Shown in pieces: positions 1-9,454 of a stretch of DNA of 64,000 bases. The stretch covers positions 32,001-96,000 of the forward strand of contig JASFQK010000011.1 in the NCBI GenBank assembly GCA_050115495.1, given 5' to 3'. The notes below the pieces were generated by a model. It did not search any database. It saw nothing but the letters and a program-made list of their open reading frames with translations, and had not been told where the DNA came from. Source of the DNA: Phycisphaerae bacterium (GTDB taxonomy: Bacteria; Planctomycetota; Phycisphaerae; UBA1845; Fen-1342). Both the position numbers and the translations under genes were made by a program. How positions within the stretch are numbered: the stretch's first letter is position 1; the number at the start of each line of letters is the position of its first letter.

Positions 1-2
1 AG

Positions 3-788
3 CGGAGCGGCGACAACGGGGCCGATCGGCCGGCGGCGCTCGACGATCTCGCCGTCGTGGCTCGTGACGAGGACGTGCTCGCTCTCCGCGGCCGCGTGCA
101 GCAGATCGAGCCGAACGCGGTACGTTTTGAGTGGAATGGGCGGGTCGTGCATTTGCCGTGGGCGCGTGTCGCCGGACTGCTGTTCGCGCGTCCGTCGCCG
201 CGGTCGGCGTCGTGCATCGTGCGGCTGCACAGTGGCGAGGCGTTCGCCGGCCGCGTGGTCGGTGGCGGGGCGGATGGGCTGGTGTTGCGCTCCGCAATGT
301 TCGAAGACCTGCCGCTGACGTGGGTGGCGATCGCCGGCGTCGACTGCCGTAGCGAGCGGCTGGTGTTCCTGTCCGAGTTGACACCGGCGCGGTACGAGTT
401 CGAGCCGCTGTTCGACAAACGGTGGGAGTTCGCGGCGGACCGCACGCTCAGCGGCCGGCGGATCCGGCTCGGCGGGCAGACGTACGCCCGCGGTCTGACG
501 CTGCACAGCGGAGCGCGGCTCACGTATCGCCTCGGCGGCCAGTTTGCCCAGTTCGCCGCTCTGGCCGGCATTGCGGATGAGATGTCGCAGCGCGGCTGCG
601 CGACGTTGCGCGTCGTGGGCGACGGCCAGGTGTTGTGGGAAGCGACCGGCGTCCGCGGCGGGCAGCCGCCGCGCGAGGTCGTCGTTTCGGTAAGCGGCGT
701 CGATGAACTGACGTTGATCGTCGAATACGGCGAAGAACTCGACCTGTCCGACGAGGTCGTCTGGGCGCTGGCGCGGGTGATTCGATGA
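3..788 (+). CDS. NPCBM/NEW2 domain-containing protein (5' end probably outside window)
   Basis: C-terminal motifs GQTYARGLTLHS, F..FAALAGIAD, VVGDGQVLW and V.GVDELTLIV..G typical of NPCBM/NEW2; frame open from the window start. Confidence 0.75.
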   Translation, partial: RSGDNGADRPAALDDLAVVARDEDVLALRGRVQQIEPNAVRFEWNGRVVHLPWARVAGLLFARPSPRSASCIVRLHSGEAFAGRVVGGGADGLVLRSAMFEDLPLTWVAIAGVDCRSERLVFLSELTPARYEFEPLFDKRWEFAADRTLSGRRIRLGGQTYARGLTLHSGARLTYRLGGQFAQFAALAGIADEMSQRGCATLRVVGDGQVLWEATGVRGGQPPREVVVSVSGVDELTLIVEYGEELDLSDEVVWALARVIR

Positions 789-2359
789 GTTGGCGGGCGT
801 TGCTGCTAGCCGTGGCGGTGGCCGGGTGCGTCGTCAGCGCGGCGCCGGCGGACGATCTCGCCGACGCGCTCGCCCTGGTTCGCCAGCAGGAGCAGCACCG
901 CGTCGAGGTGCTGGCCCAGGCCGCCCGTAGTGTCGTCTGCATCTACGGCGATCGCGAGCGCAGCGGTGGCGGCACCGGTGTCATCATCGACTCCGCGGGC
1001 TATGGCCTGACGAACTTCCACGTTGTGGCCGATCTGCTCGCCACACGCAGCGGCTTCGGCGGGCTGGCCGACGGCAACCTGTACCCGTTGCGGGTCATCG
1101 GCATCGACCCTGGCGGTGACCTGGCCTTCTTCAAGCTCGACGGCCGCGAACGCTTCGAGCCCGCCCCGCTGGGTGATGCGGCGACGTTGCAGCCCGGGCA
1201 GTGGGTCGCGGCCCTCGGCAATCCGTTCATGCTCGCCGAAGACGGCACGCCGACGGTGACGCTCGGCGTCGTCAGTGGGTTGCACCGCTACCAGTACGGC
1301 GAGGGGAACCTGCTCGAATACGCCGACTGCACCCAGGTTTCGACGTCGATCAACCCGGGGAACTCGGGCGGGCCGCTGTTCGACATGGCCGGCCGCGTCG
1401 TGGGGATCGTCGGGCGGGCGTCGTTCGAGGAGCGCGGGCGAGTGAACGTCGGCCTCGGCTACGCGATCACGATCAACCAGGCGAAGCGTTTCCTGCCGGC
1501 CCTGCGGGCGGGGCGGCTCTGCTATCACGGGACGCTCGGGGCCACCGTGCAGCGCGCCGGCGATGAGTTGATCTTCAACGCCGTGCAGGCTCTTTCGCCG
1601 GCCGAACGAGCGGGCGTCGAGCTCGGCGACGAGTTGCTTGCGATCAACGGCGACGCGGTGCATACGCCGAACGAGTTCAACAATGCGATTGCCGTGCTGC
1701 CGGCGGAATGGCCGGTGACGATCCTCGTTCGCCGGGGGGATCGTGAGCTGACGCTGCGAACGCGGTTACAGCGCCTGGTGTCAGCGGACCTGCCCACGTG
1801 GATTCCCGATCTGGCCCAGAACCACGTGGAGATTCGGCGGCTGCTGAGCCTGTACCGGCAGTATGACCTCGAGGCGGCGGGGCCGGAGCCGCGGCGTGTG
1901 CAGGGACGCGTGCGGCTGGGCGATGCGGAAGAGGAGGTACCGTTCATCGTCGGCGATGAAGCGGCGACGCCGCCCGGTTTACCGATGCTGGTCGAGTGGC
2001 AGGAGCTGATCGCGCCGTTGCTGCTCGGGGCCGAGTTTAATGTGGATTGGCAGGCACGCGGTGGCGACCTCGTGGACGGCCGGCTGGTCGCGGTGGTCGA
2101 ACGGCGATTGGGCGATGATCGCCGACTGCGCTGGAAGTTCGATGCGAAAACGAATGCGCTGCTGACGATGACTGTTGGCCGCGAACCGGATACGGAGTCG
2201 GTTACGTGGACACCCGGCGAGCGGTTTGCCTTCGGCGAGATGCGCTGGCCGCTGGTCTGGCAGCGACGGACGGCTGCCGGTGAGGAGACCAGGCTCGAAG
2301 TGCTCGCCATCGAAACGTTGCGCGACGCGCCGGCGACGCAGCCAGGGGGTGAGCCATGA
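785..2359 (+). CDS. HtrA/DegP-like S1C serine protease with PDZ domain and C-terminal extension; catalytic triad intact
   Basis: Signal peptide; TNFHV (His), DPGGDLA (Asp), INPGNSGGPL (Ser); PDZ SPAERAGVELGD; ATGA overlap with the upstream gene. Confidence 0.9.
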   Translation: MSWRALLLAVAVAGCVVSAAPADDLADALALVRQQEQHRVEVLAQAARSVVCIYGDRERSGGGTGVIIDSAGYGLTNFHVVADLLATRSGFGGLADGNLYPLRVIGIDPGGDLAFFKLDGRERFEPAPLGDAATLQPGQWVAALGNPFMLAEDGTPTVTLGVVSGLHRYQYGEGNLLEYADCTQVSTSINPGNSGGPLFDMAGRVVGIVGRASFEERGRVNVGLGYAITINQAKRFLPALRAGRLCYHGTLGATVQRAGDELIFNAVQALSPAERAGVELGDELLAINGDAVHTPNEFNNAIAVLPAEWPVTILVRRGDRELTLRTRLQRLVSADLPTWIPDLAQNHVEIRRLLSLYRQYDLEAAGPEPRRVQGRVRLGDAEEEVPFIVGDEAATPPGLPMLVEWQELIAPLLLGAEFNVDWQARGGDLVDGRLVAVVERRLGDDRRLRWKFDAKTNALLTMTVGREPDTESVTWTPGERFAFGEMRWPLVWQRRTAAGEETRLEVLAIETLRDAPATQPGGEP

Positions 2360-3384
2360 TGCGACGTGCGGGCTGGTGCAGCGTGCTTCTGCTCGCGGCG
2401 ATTCTCGCAAGCTGCGGCATCGTCGGCGTTCAGGACGCGGACAACGCCTCGTGGTTCAGCGAGGCGGTCTCCGCGGCGCAGCAGCGGGTCGTCAAGCTCT
2501 ACGGGGCGGGGCTCGGACGTGAGAAGGCGTACGGCTCGGGCGTGGTCGTGTCGGCGGATGGGAAGATCGTCACGGCGCTGACCGTGCTGCTCGAAGGACG
2601 CGGCTTGCGGGCGGTTCTGCCCGATGGCCGCACGTTGGCCGCGGAAGTCGTAGCCCGCGATGAGCGGCGGCAACTCGCCCTGCTCCAAGTTGACGCCGAG
2701 CAACTGCCGTATTTTGAACCGGGGCGGAGCGACGAGCTGCGGCCGGGCGATTGGGTGATCGCCGCGGGCAATCCGTTCAAGGTCGCCGACGGCCCCGAGC
2801 CTGTCTCCGTGTCGGTCGGGCTCTTCGCCGGCCGGACGGAGCTCAGCGGTCGGCACCGGGCCCGCGACTTCCCGTACACCGGGACGGTGCTGCTGACCGA
2901 TGCGATCGTCACGGCGCCGGGTTGTGCCGGCGGAGCGCTCGTGGACGGCCAAGGGCGGCTCGTGGGCGTGATCGGCCGGGCCGTCATCAGCAAGCATACG
3001 AACACCTGGCTCAACTGCGCGTTGCCGGTCGAGGAAGTCAGCGCGTTTCTCGCCGGCGGGGAGCAGGAGCCGGTGGCAGGGAGCACGAATCGCTCGCTGA
3101 CCGACGCCGCCCGACGACTTGCCGACCTGGGCATCTGCCTGTTCGACGTCGGCGGACGCGTGCGGCCGGCGTATGTCGAACGCATCCGCCCGGACTCGCC
3201 CGCGTGGATCGGCGGCTTGCGAGCCAACGACCTGATCATGTCGCTCGACGGACAGGCGGTTGATACGTGCGACGATCTGCGGCGGCTCATCGGCGAGGCC
3301 GGCCCGCAGCAACGGCTGACGCTCGTCGTCAAACGCGGTGACGAGCTCAAACTGATCGAACTGGCAGCGGAGCCACACGACTGA
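2356..3384 (+). CDS. HtrA-like trypsin/PDZ protein, catalytic residues lost (pseudo-protease)
   Basis: GSGVVVSADG, PGDWVIAAGNPF and a PDZ domain present; TALTV replaces TNxHV and PGCAGG replaces PGNSGG; N-terminal signal with LASC. Confidence 0.8.
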   Translation: MMRRAGWCSVLLLAAILASCGIVGVQDADNASWFSEAVSAAQQRVVKLYGAGLGREKAYGSGVVVSADGKIVTALTVLLEGRGLRAVLPDGRTLAAEVVARDERRQLALLQVDAEQLPYFEPGRSDELRPGDWVIAAGNPFKVADGPEPVSVSVGLFAGRTELSGRHRARDFPYTGTVLLTDAIVTAPGCAGGALVDGQGRLVGVIGRAVISKHTNTWLNCALPVEEVSAFLAGGEQEPVAGSTNRSLTDAARRLADLGICLFDVGGRVRPAYVERIRPDSPAWIGGLRANDLIMSLDGQAVDTCDDLRRLIGEAGPQQRLTLVVKRGDELKLIELAAEPHD

Positions 3385-4535
3385 TGAGATGGTCGATGCA
3401 CAACGTGCTGTGCGGCATGCTCGCCGGCGTCGTCCTGGCCGGGTCGCCGGCGGTCGCGGACGAGGCACGCGAAGCGTCGCGAATGCCGACGGCGCTCGCG
3501 CAAGTCTTCGACGCCGCGCTGCACACGGTGTCACCGTCGATCGTCCGTGTGGACACGATCGGCGGAGCGCCGCCAGTCGCGCCGGACTCGGCCGCCGGCG
3601 AGGGCGGGCAGACGTTCCAGCAAGCGGATGGCCCAACGACCGGCCTGATCTGCTCGGCCGACGGATACATCCTGACGAGCAGCTTCAACTTCATGCGCGA
3701 CCCGTCGGTGATCACCGTGCGGCTGGATGACGGCCGGCGGTTCGTGGCGTACGTCGTGGCCCGCGACGATCCCGCCGGCCTGACGCTCATCAAGATCGCC
3801 GCCGACGATCTGCCCGTGCCGCGCTGGCTCCCGCCGAGCAAGGTGAGGCCCGGGCAATGGGCGCTGGTGGCCGGCTACGGCTACGGCAGCGCGACGCCCA
3901 CGCTCTCCGCCGGCGTGATCAGTGCCGGGCGGCGGCTTGATGACCGGGCCGTGCAGACCGACGCGCGGACCTCGCCGGCGAACTACGGCGGCCCGCTCTT
4001 CGACGTCGAAGGTCGCGTCATCGGCATCTGCGTGCCCAAGGCCGGCGGCGACGAGGACCAGATCGCCGGCGCCCAGTGGTACGACTCGGGTATCGGCTTT
4101 GCCATTCACGCGGATTACATTAACGAGCGCCTGCCGCGGCTGATGCGTGGCGAGGACCTCGAACGCGGCTATCTCGGCGTCACGTTCGATCGGGCCGATC
4201 CGGTCGTCGGCAGTGCCGATGCTGCATCACTCGGCGGCGTGCGCATCCTCGCGGCCACGCCTGGGCCGGCGATGGATGCCGGACTCGCCGTCGGCGACGT
4301 TGTCACGCACGTGAATGGCCGGGCGGTCGAGCGGTTCGTCGAATTGCGACGGGAGCTGATCCGCCTGACGCCCGGACAGACGATCGAGCTGACCTGGCGG
4401 CGTGAAGGCGTCACGCAGTCGGCGGCGGTGACGCTCATCGGCTGGCGGGATTTGCTGTTGCGTGGCGGGGCCGCGCCGGAGCCGCGGCCGGCTACAATGC
4501 CCGCACAACCGGAGTCCCCAGGAACCGCGCCTTGA
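3384..4535 (+). CDS. HtrA-like trypsin/PDZ protein, catalytic residues lost (pseudo-protease)
   Basis: TGLICSADGYIL, VQTDARTSPANYGGPLFD (Ser to Tyr), LTSSFN (no His), RGYLGV..PA..AGL..GD PDZ; TGATG overlap. Confidence 0.8.
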   Translation: MRWSMHNVLCGMLAGVVLAGSPAVADEAREASRMPTALAQVFDAALHTVSPSIVRVDTIGGAPPVAPDSAAGEGGQTFQQADGPTTGLICSADGYILTSSFNFMRDPSVITVRLDDGRRFVAYVVARDDPAGLTLIKIAADDLPVPRWLPPSKVRPGQWALVAGYGYGSATPTLSAGVISAGRRLDDRAVQTDARTSPANYGGPLFDVEGRVIGICVPKAGGDEDQIAGAQWYDSGIGFAIHADYINERLPRLMRGEDLERGYLGVTFDRADPVVGSADAASLGGVRILAATPGPAMDAGLAVGDVVTHVNGRAVERFVELRRELIRLTPGQTIELTWRREGVTQSAAVTLIGWRDLLLRGGAAPEPRPATMPAQPESPGTAP

Positions 4536-5275
4536 ACGTTGCCCTGTTCGTTACCTGCCTGACCGACACGTTCTTCCCCCGCGCCGGTGAGGCCGTGGTC
4601 CGCGTGCTGCGCCATTTCGGCTGCACCGTGGCGTTTCCCGAAGAGCAGACCTGTTGCGGCCAGCCGGCGTACAACAGCGGCTTTCATGACGAGGCCGCCC
4701 GCCTCGCCCGCCGATGGATCAAGGTGTTCGCGCCGTACGAGACGATCATCTGTCCGTCGGCGTCGTGCACGGCGATGGTGTGCGAACACTACCCGACATT
4801 GCTGGCGAGTGATCCGGACGAGTTGTCGGCGGCGCGGGCGCTGGCGGGTAGGACGTTTGAGTTCACGGCGTTCCTGCGCGATCGGCTGCACGTGGACATC
4901 GCCGCGCACCTGTCGTTCGACGAGCCGGTGACGTTCCACTATCCGTGCCATGCGCGGGGGATCTACTCGGCCGCCGATCTGGAAAGCTGGCTTGCCGGCG
5001 TGCGTGGCATCGACTTGCGCGTGCCGGCGCATCGCGATCTGTGTTGCGGGTTCGGCGGGGCGTTCGCCGTCGAGCAGCCGGAGATCAGCGGGGCGATGCT
5101 GAGCGACAAGCTCGACGACCTGGCGGCGACGGGGGCGAAGCTCGTCGTGTCGAACGAGGGTGGGTGCACGTTGCAGATCGCCGGCGGGGCGCGGCGACGT
5201 GGATTGCCGCTACGGTTCAAGCACATCGCCGAGTGCCTGGCCGAATCGCTCGGGCTGATGGAGCGGCAGCCATGA
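4532..5275 (+). CDS. lutA: Lactate utilization protein A (LutA/LldE/YkgE, CCG Fe-S domains)
   Basis: VALFVTCL, QTCCGQP, SASC, HYPCH and CCGFGG motifs; TTG start overlaps the previous stop. Confidence 0.9.
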   Translation: MNVALFVTCLTDTFFPRAGEAVVRVLRHFGCTVAFPEEQTCCGQPAYNSGFHDEAARLARRWIKVFAPYETIICPSASCTAMVCEHYPTLLASDPDELSAARALAGRTFEFTAFLRDRLHVDIAAHLSFDEPVTFHYPCHARGIYSAADLESWLAGVRGIDLRVPAHRDLCCGFGGAFAVEQPEISGAMLSDKLDDLAATGAKLVVSNEGGCTLQIAGGARRRGLPLRFKHIAECLAESLGLMERQP

Positions 5276-6672
5276 GCCGGCGGGACGAATTCCGCGAGCG
5301 CGTCCGGCGGGCGGTGGCCGATCGGCGCGTTGTCGATGCGGTGCACCTGGCCACGTGGCGGAAGGTCGAGGCTCGCGAGCAGAGCCTGGCCGCCTTGCGC
5401 GACGCGCAGGGTTTGCGCGAGCTCGCCGGTCGGATCAAACAGCACACGCTCGATCACCTGCCGCAGTACCTCGATCAGTTCGTCGGCAAGCTGGGCGAAC
5501 GCGGCGTGCCGGTGTACCTGGCGACGGACGCCGCCGCGGCCCGCGAGGTCATCTGTCGGCTCGCTCGCGAGCACGACTGCCGGCTCACCGTGAAGGTCAA
5601 GAGCATGACGACGGAGGAAGTCGGGCTCAACGACGCCCTGGCCAGCGAGGGCGTCGCCGTGCACGAGACCGATCTCGGCGAGTTCATCGTGCAGATCGAC
5701 CACGACCGGCCGAGCCACATCGTCACGCCGATCATCCACAAGGATCGCCGGCAGGTTGCCCGGGCGATGGAGCGCGAGCTGGGCTGCCCGTACACCGAGG
5801 ATCCGACCGAACTCACGAAGCTCGCGCGCGGCTATTTACGCGACATCTTCCGCCGCTGCGACCTGGGTATCAGCGGGGCGAACTTCGGCGTCGCCGAGAC
5901 GGGCACGATCTGCATCTGCACGAACGAGGGCAACGGCCGCATGACGACGACACGGCCGCGGCTGCATGTCGTGCTTATGGGTATTGAGAAGCTCGTGCCA
6001 CGGTTGGCCGACCTGGCCGTGCTGCTCAAGCTGCTGTCGCGTTCGAGCACGGGGCAGCCGCTCGGATCGTATACGACGCTCATCACCGGGCCGCGGCAGG
6101 CGGGCGACGCTGACGGGCCGGAGCATCTGCACGTCGTGCTGCTTGACAACGGCCGCAGCAGCGTGCTCGGCGGGGCGTTTCACGAAGTGCTGCGCTGTGT
6201 GCGGTGCGGTGCGTGCCTGAACGCGTGTCCGGTCTATCGGAACATCGGCGGGCATGCGTACAACAGCGTCTATCCCGGCCCGATTGGCAGCCTGGTCACG
6301 CCGCTGCTCAACGCCGCCGGCGGACACGATGCGCTGCCGCGGGCGTCGAGCCTGTGCGGGGCGTGCGCCGAGGCGTGCCCGGTGAAGATCGACATACCGG
6401 CGTACCTGATTCAGCTGCGAGCCGCGGCACGCGATCGGCAACCGTGGGCCAAGCGGGCGGCGTTCCGCGGGTGGCTGTGGGCGATGTCTTCGGAGTGGAC
6501 GTATGCCTGGGGGCAGCGGCTGATGGCGACGTTTCTGCCGGATGATGGCGAGGACTGGGCGGTGCGCGGGTTCGGACCGCTGGGCGAGTGGACGTCGAAC
6601 CGTGATCTGCGAAGGCCGCCGGGCAAGCCCTTCCGTAAGCTGTGGAATGAGGGTTTGTGCGATGAACGCTGA
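5272..6672 (+). CDS. lutB: Lactate utilization protein B (LutB/LldF/YkgF)
   Basis: KVKSMTTEE, ETDLGEFIVQ, PSHIVTP, CVRCGACLNACP and SSLCGACAEACP; ATG at 5272 overlaps the lutA stop. Confidence 0.93.
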   Translation: MSRRDEFRERVRRAVADRRVVDAVHLATWRKVEAREQSLAALRDAQGLRELAGRIKQHTLDHLPQYLDQFVGKLGERGVPVYLATDAAAAREVICRLAREHDCRLTVKVKSMTTEEVGLNDALASEGVAVHETDLGEFIVQIDHDRPSHIVTPIIHKDRRQVARAMERELGCPYTEDPTELTKLARGYLRDIFRRCDLGISGANFGVAETGTICICTNEGNGRMTTTRPRLHVVLMGIEKLVPRLADLAVLLKLLSRSSTGQPLGSYTTLITGPRQAGDADGPEHLHVVLLDNGRSSVLGGAFHEVLRCVRCGACLNACPVYRNIGGHAYNSVYPGPIGSLVTPLLNAAGGHDALPRASSLCGACAEACPVKIDIPAYLIQLRAAARDRQPWAKRAAFRGWLWAMSSEWTYAWGQRLMATFLPDDGEDWAVRGFGPLGEWTSNRDLRRPPGKPFRKLWNEGLCDER

Positions 6673-7360
6673 ACATGCCGGTCAATCCGGGCGGACGGAT
6701 GCGGCGCTGACCGCGTTCATCGCCGGTCTGCGCTGCAAGACCACGGCTGTGGCCGAGCCGGTGCCGTTGCCGGAGATCGGTCAGACGGGGCGGCAGGTGG
6801 CGGCGGATGACGATCTCGAAACACGCTTTGCGAAGGCGGCGATGGCGGCGGGGATGACCGTGCACCGCGTGTCGCCGGCGACGTGGGTCGATGAGCTGAT
6901 GCGGTTGGCGGGAGAACTGAAGGCGGGGCACGTCCTCGTGGCAGCTCAGGATGGATCGGCGTTGGCCTCGGCGCAGGCGGCAGTGGTCGGCGAGCGTCTC
7001 TCGGCCGCGGGTGTCACGGTGCATACCGACCTGAGCGACGACACGTTATTCAGCGTCGATGTGGCGGTGACGGGCGTTTCCGCCGGCATCGCCGAGACGG
7101 GCACGATCGTGGCGACGTCCGGGCCGGGATTGGCCCGTGCGTCGTCGCTGATCCCGCCGCTGCACGTGGCGGTGGTGCTCGCCGAGCAGATTGTGCCCGA
7201 TCTTCACGATTACTTCGCTCTGTTGGACGCCGGAGCGCTCCCCGCCGGCGTGCACCTGATCAGCGGGCCGAGCAAGACGGCGGACATCGAAGGCATCCTC
7301 GTCACCGGCGTCCACGGGCCCGCGCAGGTGCATATCCTCCTGGTCTCCCGCGGGGCCTAG
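6662..7360 (+). CDS. lutC: Lactate utilization protein C (LutC/LldG/YkgG)
   Basis: IAETGT, SLIPPLHVAV and ISGPSKTADIE..LV.GVHGP. Confidence 0.9.
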   Translation: MNAEHAGQSGRTDAALTAFIAGLRCKTTAVAEPVPLPEIGQTGRQVAADDDLETRFAKAAMAAGMTVHRVSPATWVDELMRLAGELKAGHVLVAAQDGSALASAQAAVVGERLSAAGVTVHTDLSDDTLFSVDVAVTGVSAGIAETGTIVATSGPGLARASSLIPPLHVAVVLAEQIVPDLHDYFALLDAGALPAGVHLISGPSKTADIEGILVTGVHGPAQVHILLVSRGA

Positions 7361-7523
7361 CATGGGTGGGGCGACCGTCTCGCCGGTCGTCTTCCTCGAC
7401 GAACCATCGCCGTCCGCTCCGACGCCGCGAGATCAACGCCACGTGCGCCGACACGCTGGGCTCGGATGGACGACTGCTCACTGCCCAAGCCACGCACCGC
7501 GACAGACCGCACGCACGTCAGCG

Positions 7524-8217
7524 GACTAGTCCCGTAGGGACGGCTGATTGTAGCCCAGCAGGAACTGCTGGGATCCGGAGGGGCGTCTTCCCCTCTCAGT
7601 CCCGTAGGGACGACTGAACGCTTCGCCACGCGCACCATCGTCCGGCCGTCGCGGGCGGATCATCCGAACACGTAACGCTTGTCATACGCGATCCCGTGTC
7701 GCTCGAGGAACGCGACGTATTCCTCGTCGAACCCGCGCGTGGCGTGGTGTTCGGTCTGGCGGGCGATGTAGCGCGTCGTTTCCTCGACCTGCGACACGCC
7801 GATCGTGAAGGCTGCGTAACCCTCCTGCCAGGCGAAATCGCGCATCTCCGCGAATGTATCGTGGAGCCATTTCGACGAGCCGGCCTTGAGGAGTTGCACC
7901 GCCTTCGCCACCGGCATCGTTGCCGGCAGGGCCAATAGCGCGTGCATGTGGTCGCCCGTACCGCCGACCGCGAGCGTGACAAAGTCGTTCGTGCGGGCGG
8001 CGCCGCCGACGTACGCCCACAGGCGGTCCTGGACGGCGGACGGGATGAGGTTTTTCCGGCGGCGAGTGCTCCAGACGCAGTGGAAGAGGCAATGAGAATA
8101 CGAGTGCGGCATGGCGTATCTGCTTTCAGTCGTCCCTACGGGACTGGGGCGCGGGGCCGCCCGCGGGTCCCAGCAGTTCCTGCTGGGCTACAATCAGCCG
8201 TCCCTACGGGACTAGTC
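7524..8217. mobile_element. IS200/IS605-superfamily (RAYT-like) element: Y1 transposase flanked by ~95-bp inverted REP-like arms
   Basis: 7524-7573 is the exact reverse complement of 8168-8217 (50 bp); 7597-7618 is the exact reverse complement of 8125-8146 (22 bp); tnpA lies between. Confidence 0.85.
7660..8112 (-). CDS. tnpA: IS200-like HUH/Y1 tyrosine transposase
   Basis: HCVWSTRRR, DHMHAL (HUH), LKAGSSKW, FAWQEGY and YIARQTEHH. Confidence 0.92.
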   Translation of the reverse strand: MPHSYSHCLFHCVWSTRRRKNLIPSAVQDRLWAYVGGAARTNDFVTLAVGGTGDHMHALLALPATMPVAKAVQLLKAGSSKWLHDTFAEMRDFAWQEGYAAFTIGVSQVEETTRYIARQTEHHATRGFDEEYVAFLERHGIAYDKRYVFG

Positions 8218-8416
8218 TCTCGGGGTATACGTGTGGTTGATCCTGGTACGCAGCTTCGGTTACGGCTAGGTGTTTCTGCGGGACTGCTCCGTCGGCACGC
8301 GCGGCGTTGATCCCGGCAATCCACTTGGGCGACGTTCAACCGTTCCTCACGGACCATCAGGCCTTTCTGAGACTGTTAACTGCGTACGCCAGTCCGATTC
8401 GTCCTGCGAAACCTCC

Positions 8417-9454
8417 TTAGAACAACGACAACTGCCGTTCGGTGGGCGTGGGGGGCGGGGCGGGGGAGTGGAACTCCTCTCGCCAGGATTGGCCGCAGTC
8501 GAGGCCGTGGCGGGTGGCGGCGGTTTCGAAGAGGCGTTGGACGCTCAGCCAATAGGCGCCTTCGGCACGCATGCGCCAGCCGAAGCGTGGATCGTTCCAG
8601 ACGCCGCCGCGGAGATCGAGGATGCGCTGCTGGACGCGGTCCGCCGCCTGCGGGAACCCGGCGCGCAGGCGCGCCAGGAATACTTCTCGCACCGAGCCCG
8701 GCAGACGCACCGCACCAAAGCTCGCCGATGTCGCCCCGCACGCCGCCGCCCGGGCCAGCAGCGTGGGGATATCGCGGTCGTTCAACCCCGGGATCACCGG
8801 CGAAATCAGCACGCCCACCGGCAAACCCGCCTCGGCCACGCGGCGCATCGCCGCGAACTGCCCGTTCGGCGGGACCACGCGCGGGGCGAGCAGCCGGGCC
8901 ACTTTCGCGTCGGCGAACGGAATGCTGAACAGCACGTACGCCGCCGCCACGCGGTGCAGCTCACGCAGAATGTCCAGATCGCGGATCACGAGCGGCGATT
9001 TCGTGACGATGCACACCGGGTTGGCTCGCTGCCGGCAGACTTCGAGGCAGGCCCGTGTAATGCCGTACTTCGCCTCCAGCGGCTGGTAGGCGTCGGTCAC
9101 GCCGGAGAACTGGATCTTCTCGCGTTTCCAGCGCGGCTTGGCGAGAGCCTGGGCGAGAAGCTCGGCGGCATTGACCTTGACCGTGATGAGCGTCTCGAAG
9201 TCGGTACCGGCACCGAGGTCGAGGTATTCGTGCGTTCGCCGGGCATAGCAGAACGCGCAGGCATGCTCGCAGCCGCGGTAGGGGTTGACGCTCCAGCGGA
9301 AGGGGATGTCCGGGCTCTCGTTGTGCGACAGGATCGACCGCGCCTGCTCCTCGCGCACAGAGAGCCGTGCCGGCGGCGGCGGCTCGCACCACTCGACCTG
9401 CTCGCTCAGCAGCCGGTTCGCGGGATTGTCCTGGCAACCCATGCCGAACTCCAT
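8417..9454 (-). CDS. PA0069/Rv2578c-family radical SAM protein (SplB-like, putative DNA repair)
   Basis: NPYRGCEHACAFCYAR, DFET.I.VK, SGVTDAYQPLE, TKS and C-terminal QLSLF (beta-clamp-type motif). Confidence 0.9.
   Translation of the reverse strand: MEFGMGCQDNPANRLLSEQVEWCEPPPPARLSVREEQARSILSHNESPDIPFRWSVNPYRGCEHACAFCYARRTHEYLDLGAGTDFETLITVKVNAAELLAQALAKPRWKREKIQFSGVTDAYQPLEAKYGITRACLEVCRQRANPVCIVTKSPLVIRDLDILRELHRVAAAYVLFSIPFADAKVARLLAPRVVPPNGQFAAMRRVAEAGLPVGVLISPVIPGLNDRDIPTLLARAAACGATSASFGAVRLPGSVREVFLARLRAGFPQAADRVQQRILDLRGGVWNDPRFGWRMRAEGAYWLSVQRLFETAATRHGLDCGQSWREEFHSPAPPPTPTERQLSLF

Noticed and set aside
1525..3636. 703-aa minus-strand ORF and the many other long antisense or alternate-frame ORFs (e.g. 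14041-16290, 20997-22181, 46317-47969, 59636-61153)
   Set aside because: Shadows of real genes in high-GC DNA; Arg/Pro/Gly-rich with no motifs
7524..7618. Mini-CRISPR from the repeated GTCCCGTAGGGAC
   Set aside because: Only two copies per side, arranged as inverted arms around a tnpA; better explained as REP or IS ends
8220..8416. tnpB or omega-RNA associated with the tnpA
   Set aside because: No RuvC or zinc-finger ORF on either side of the element
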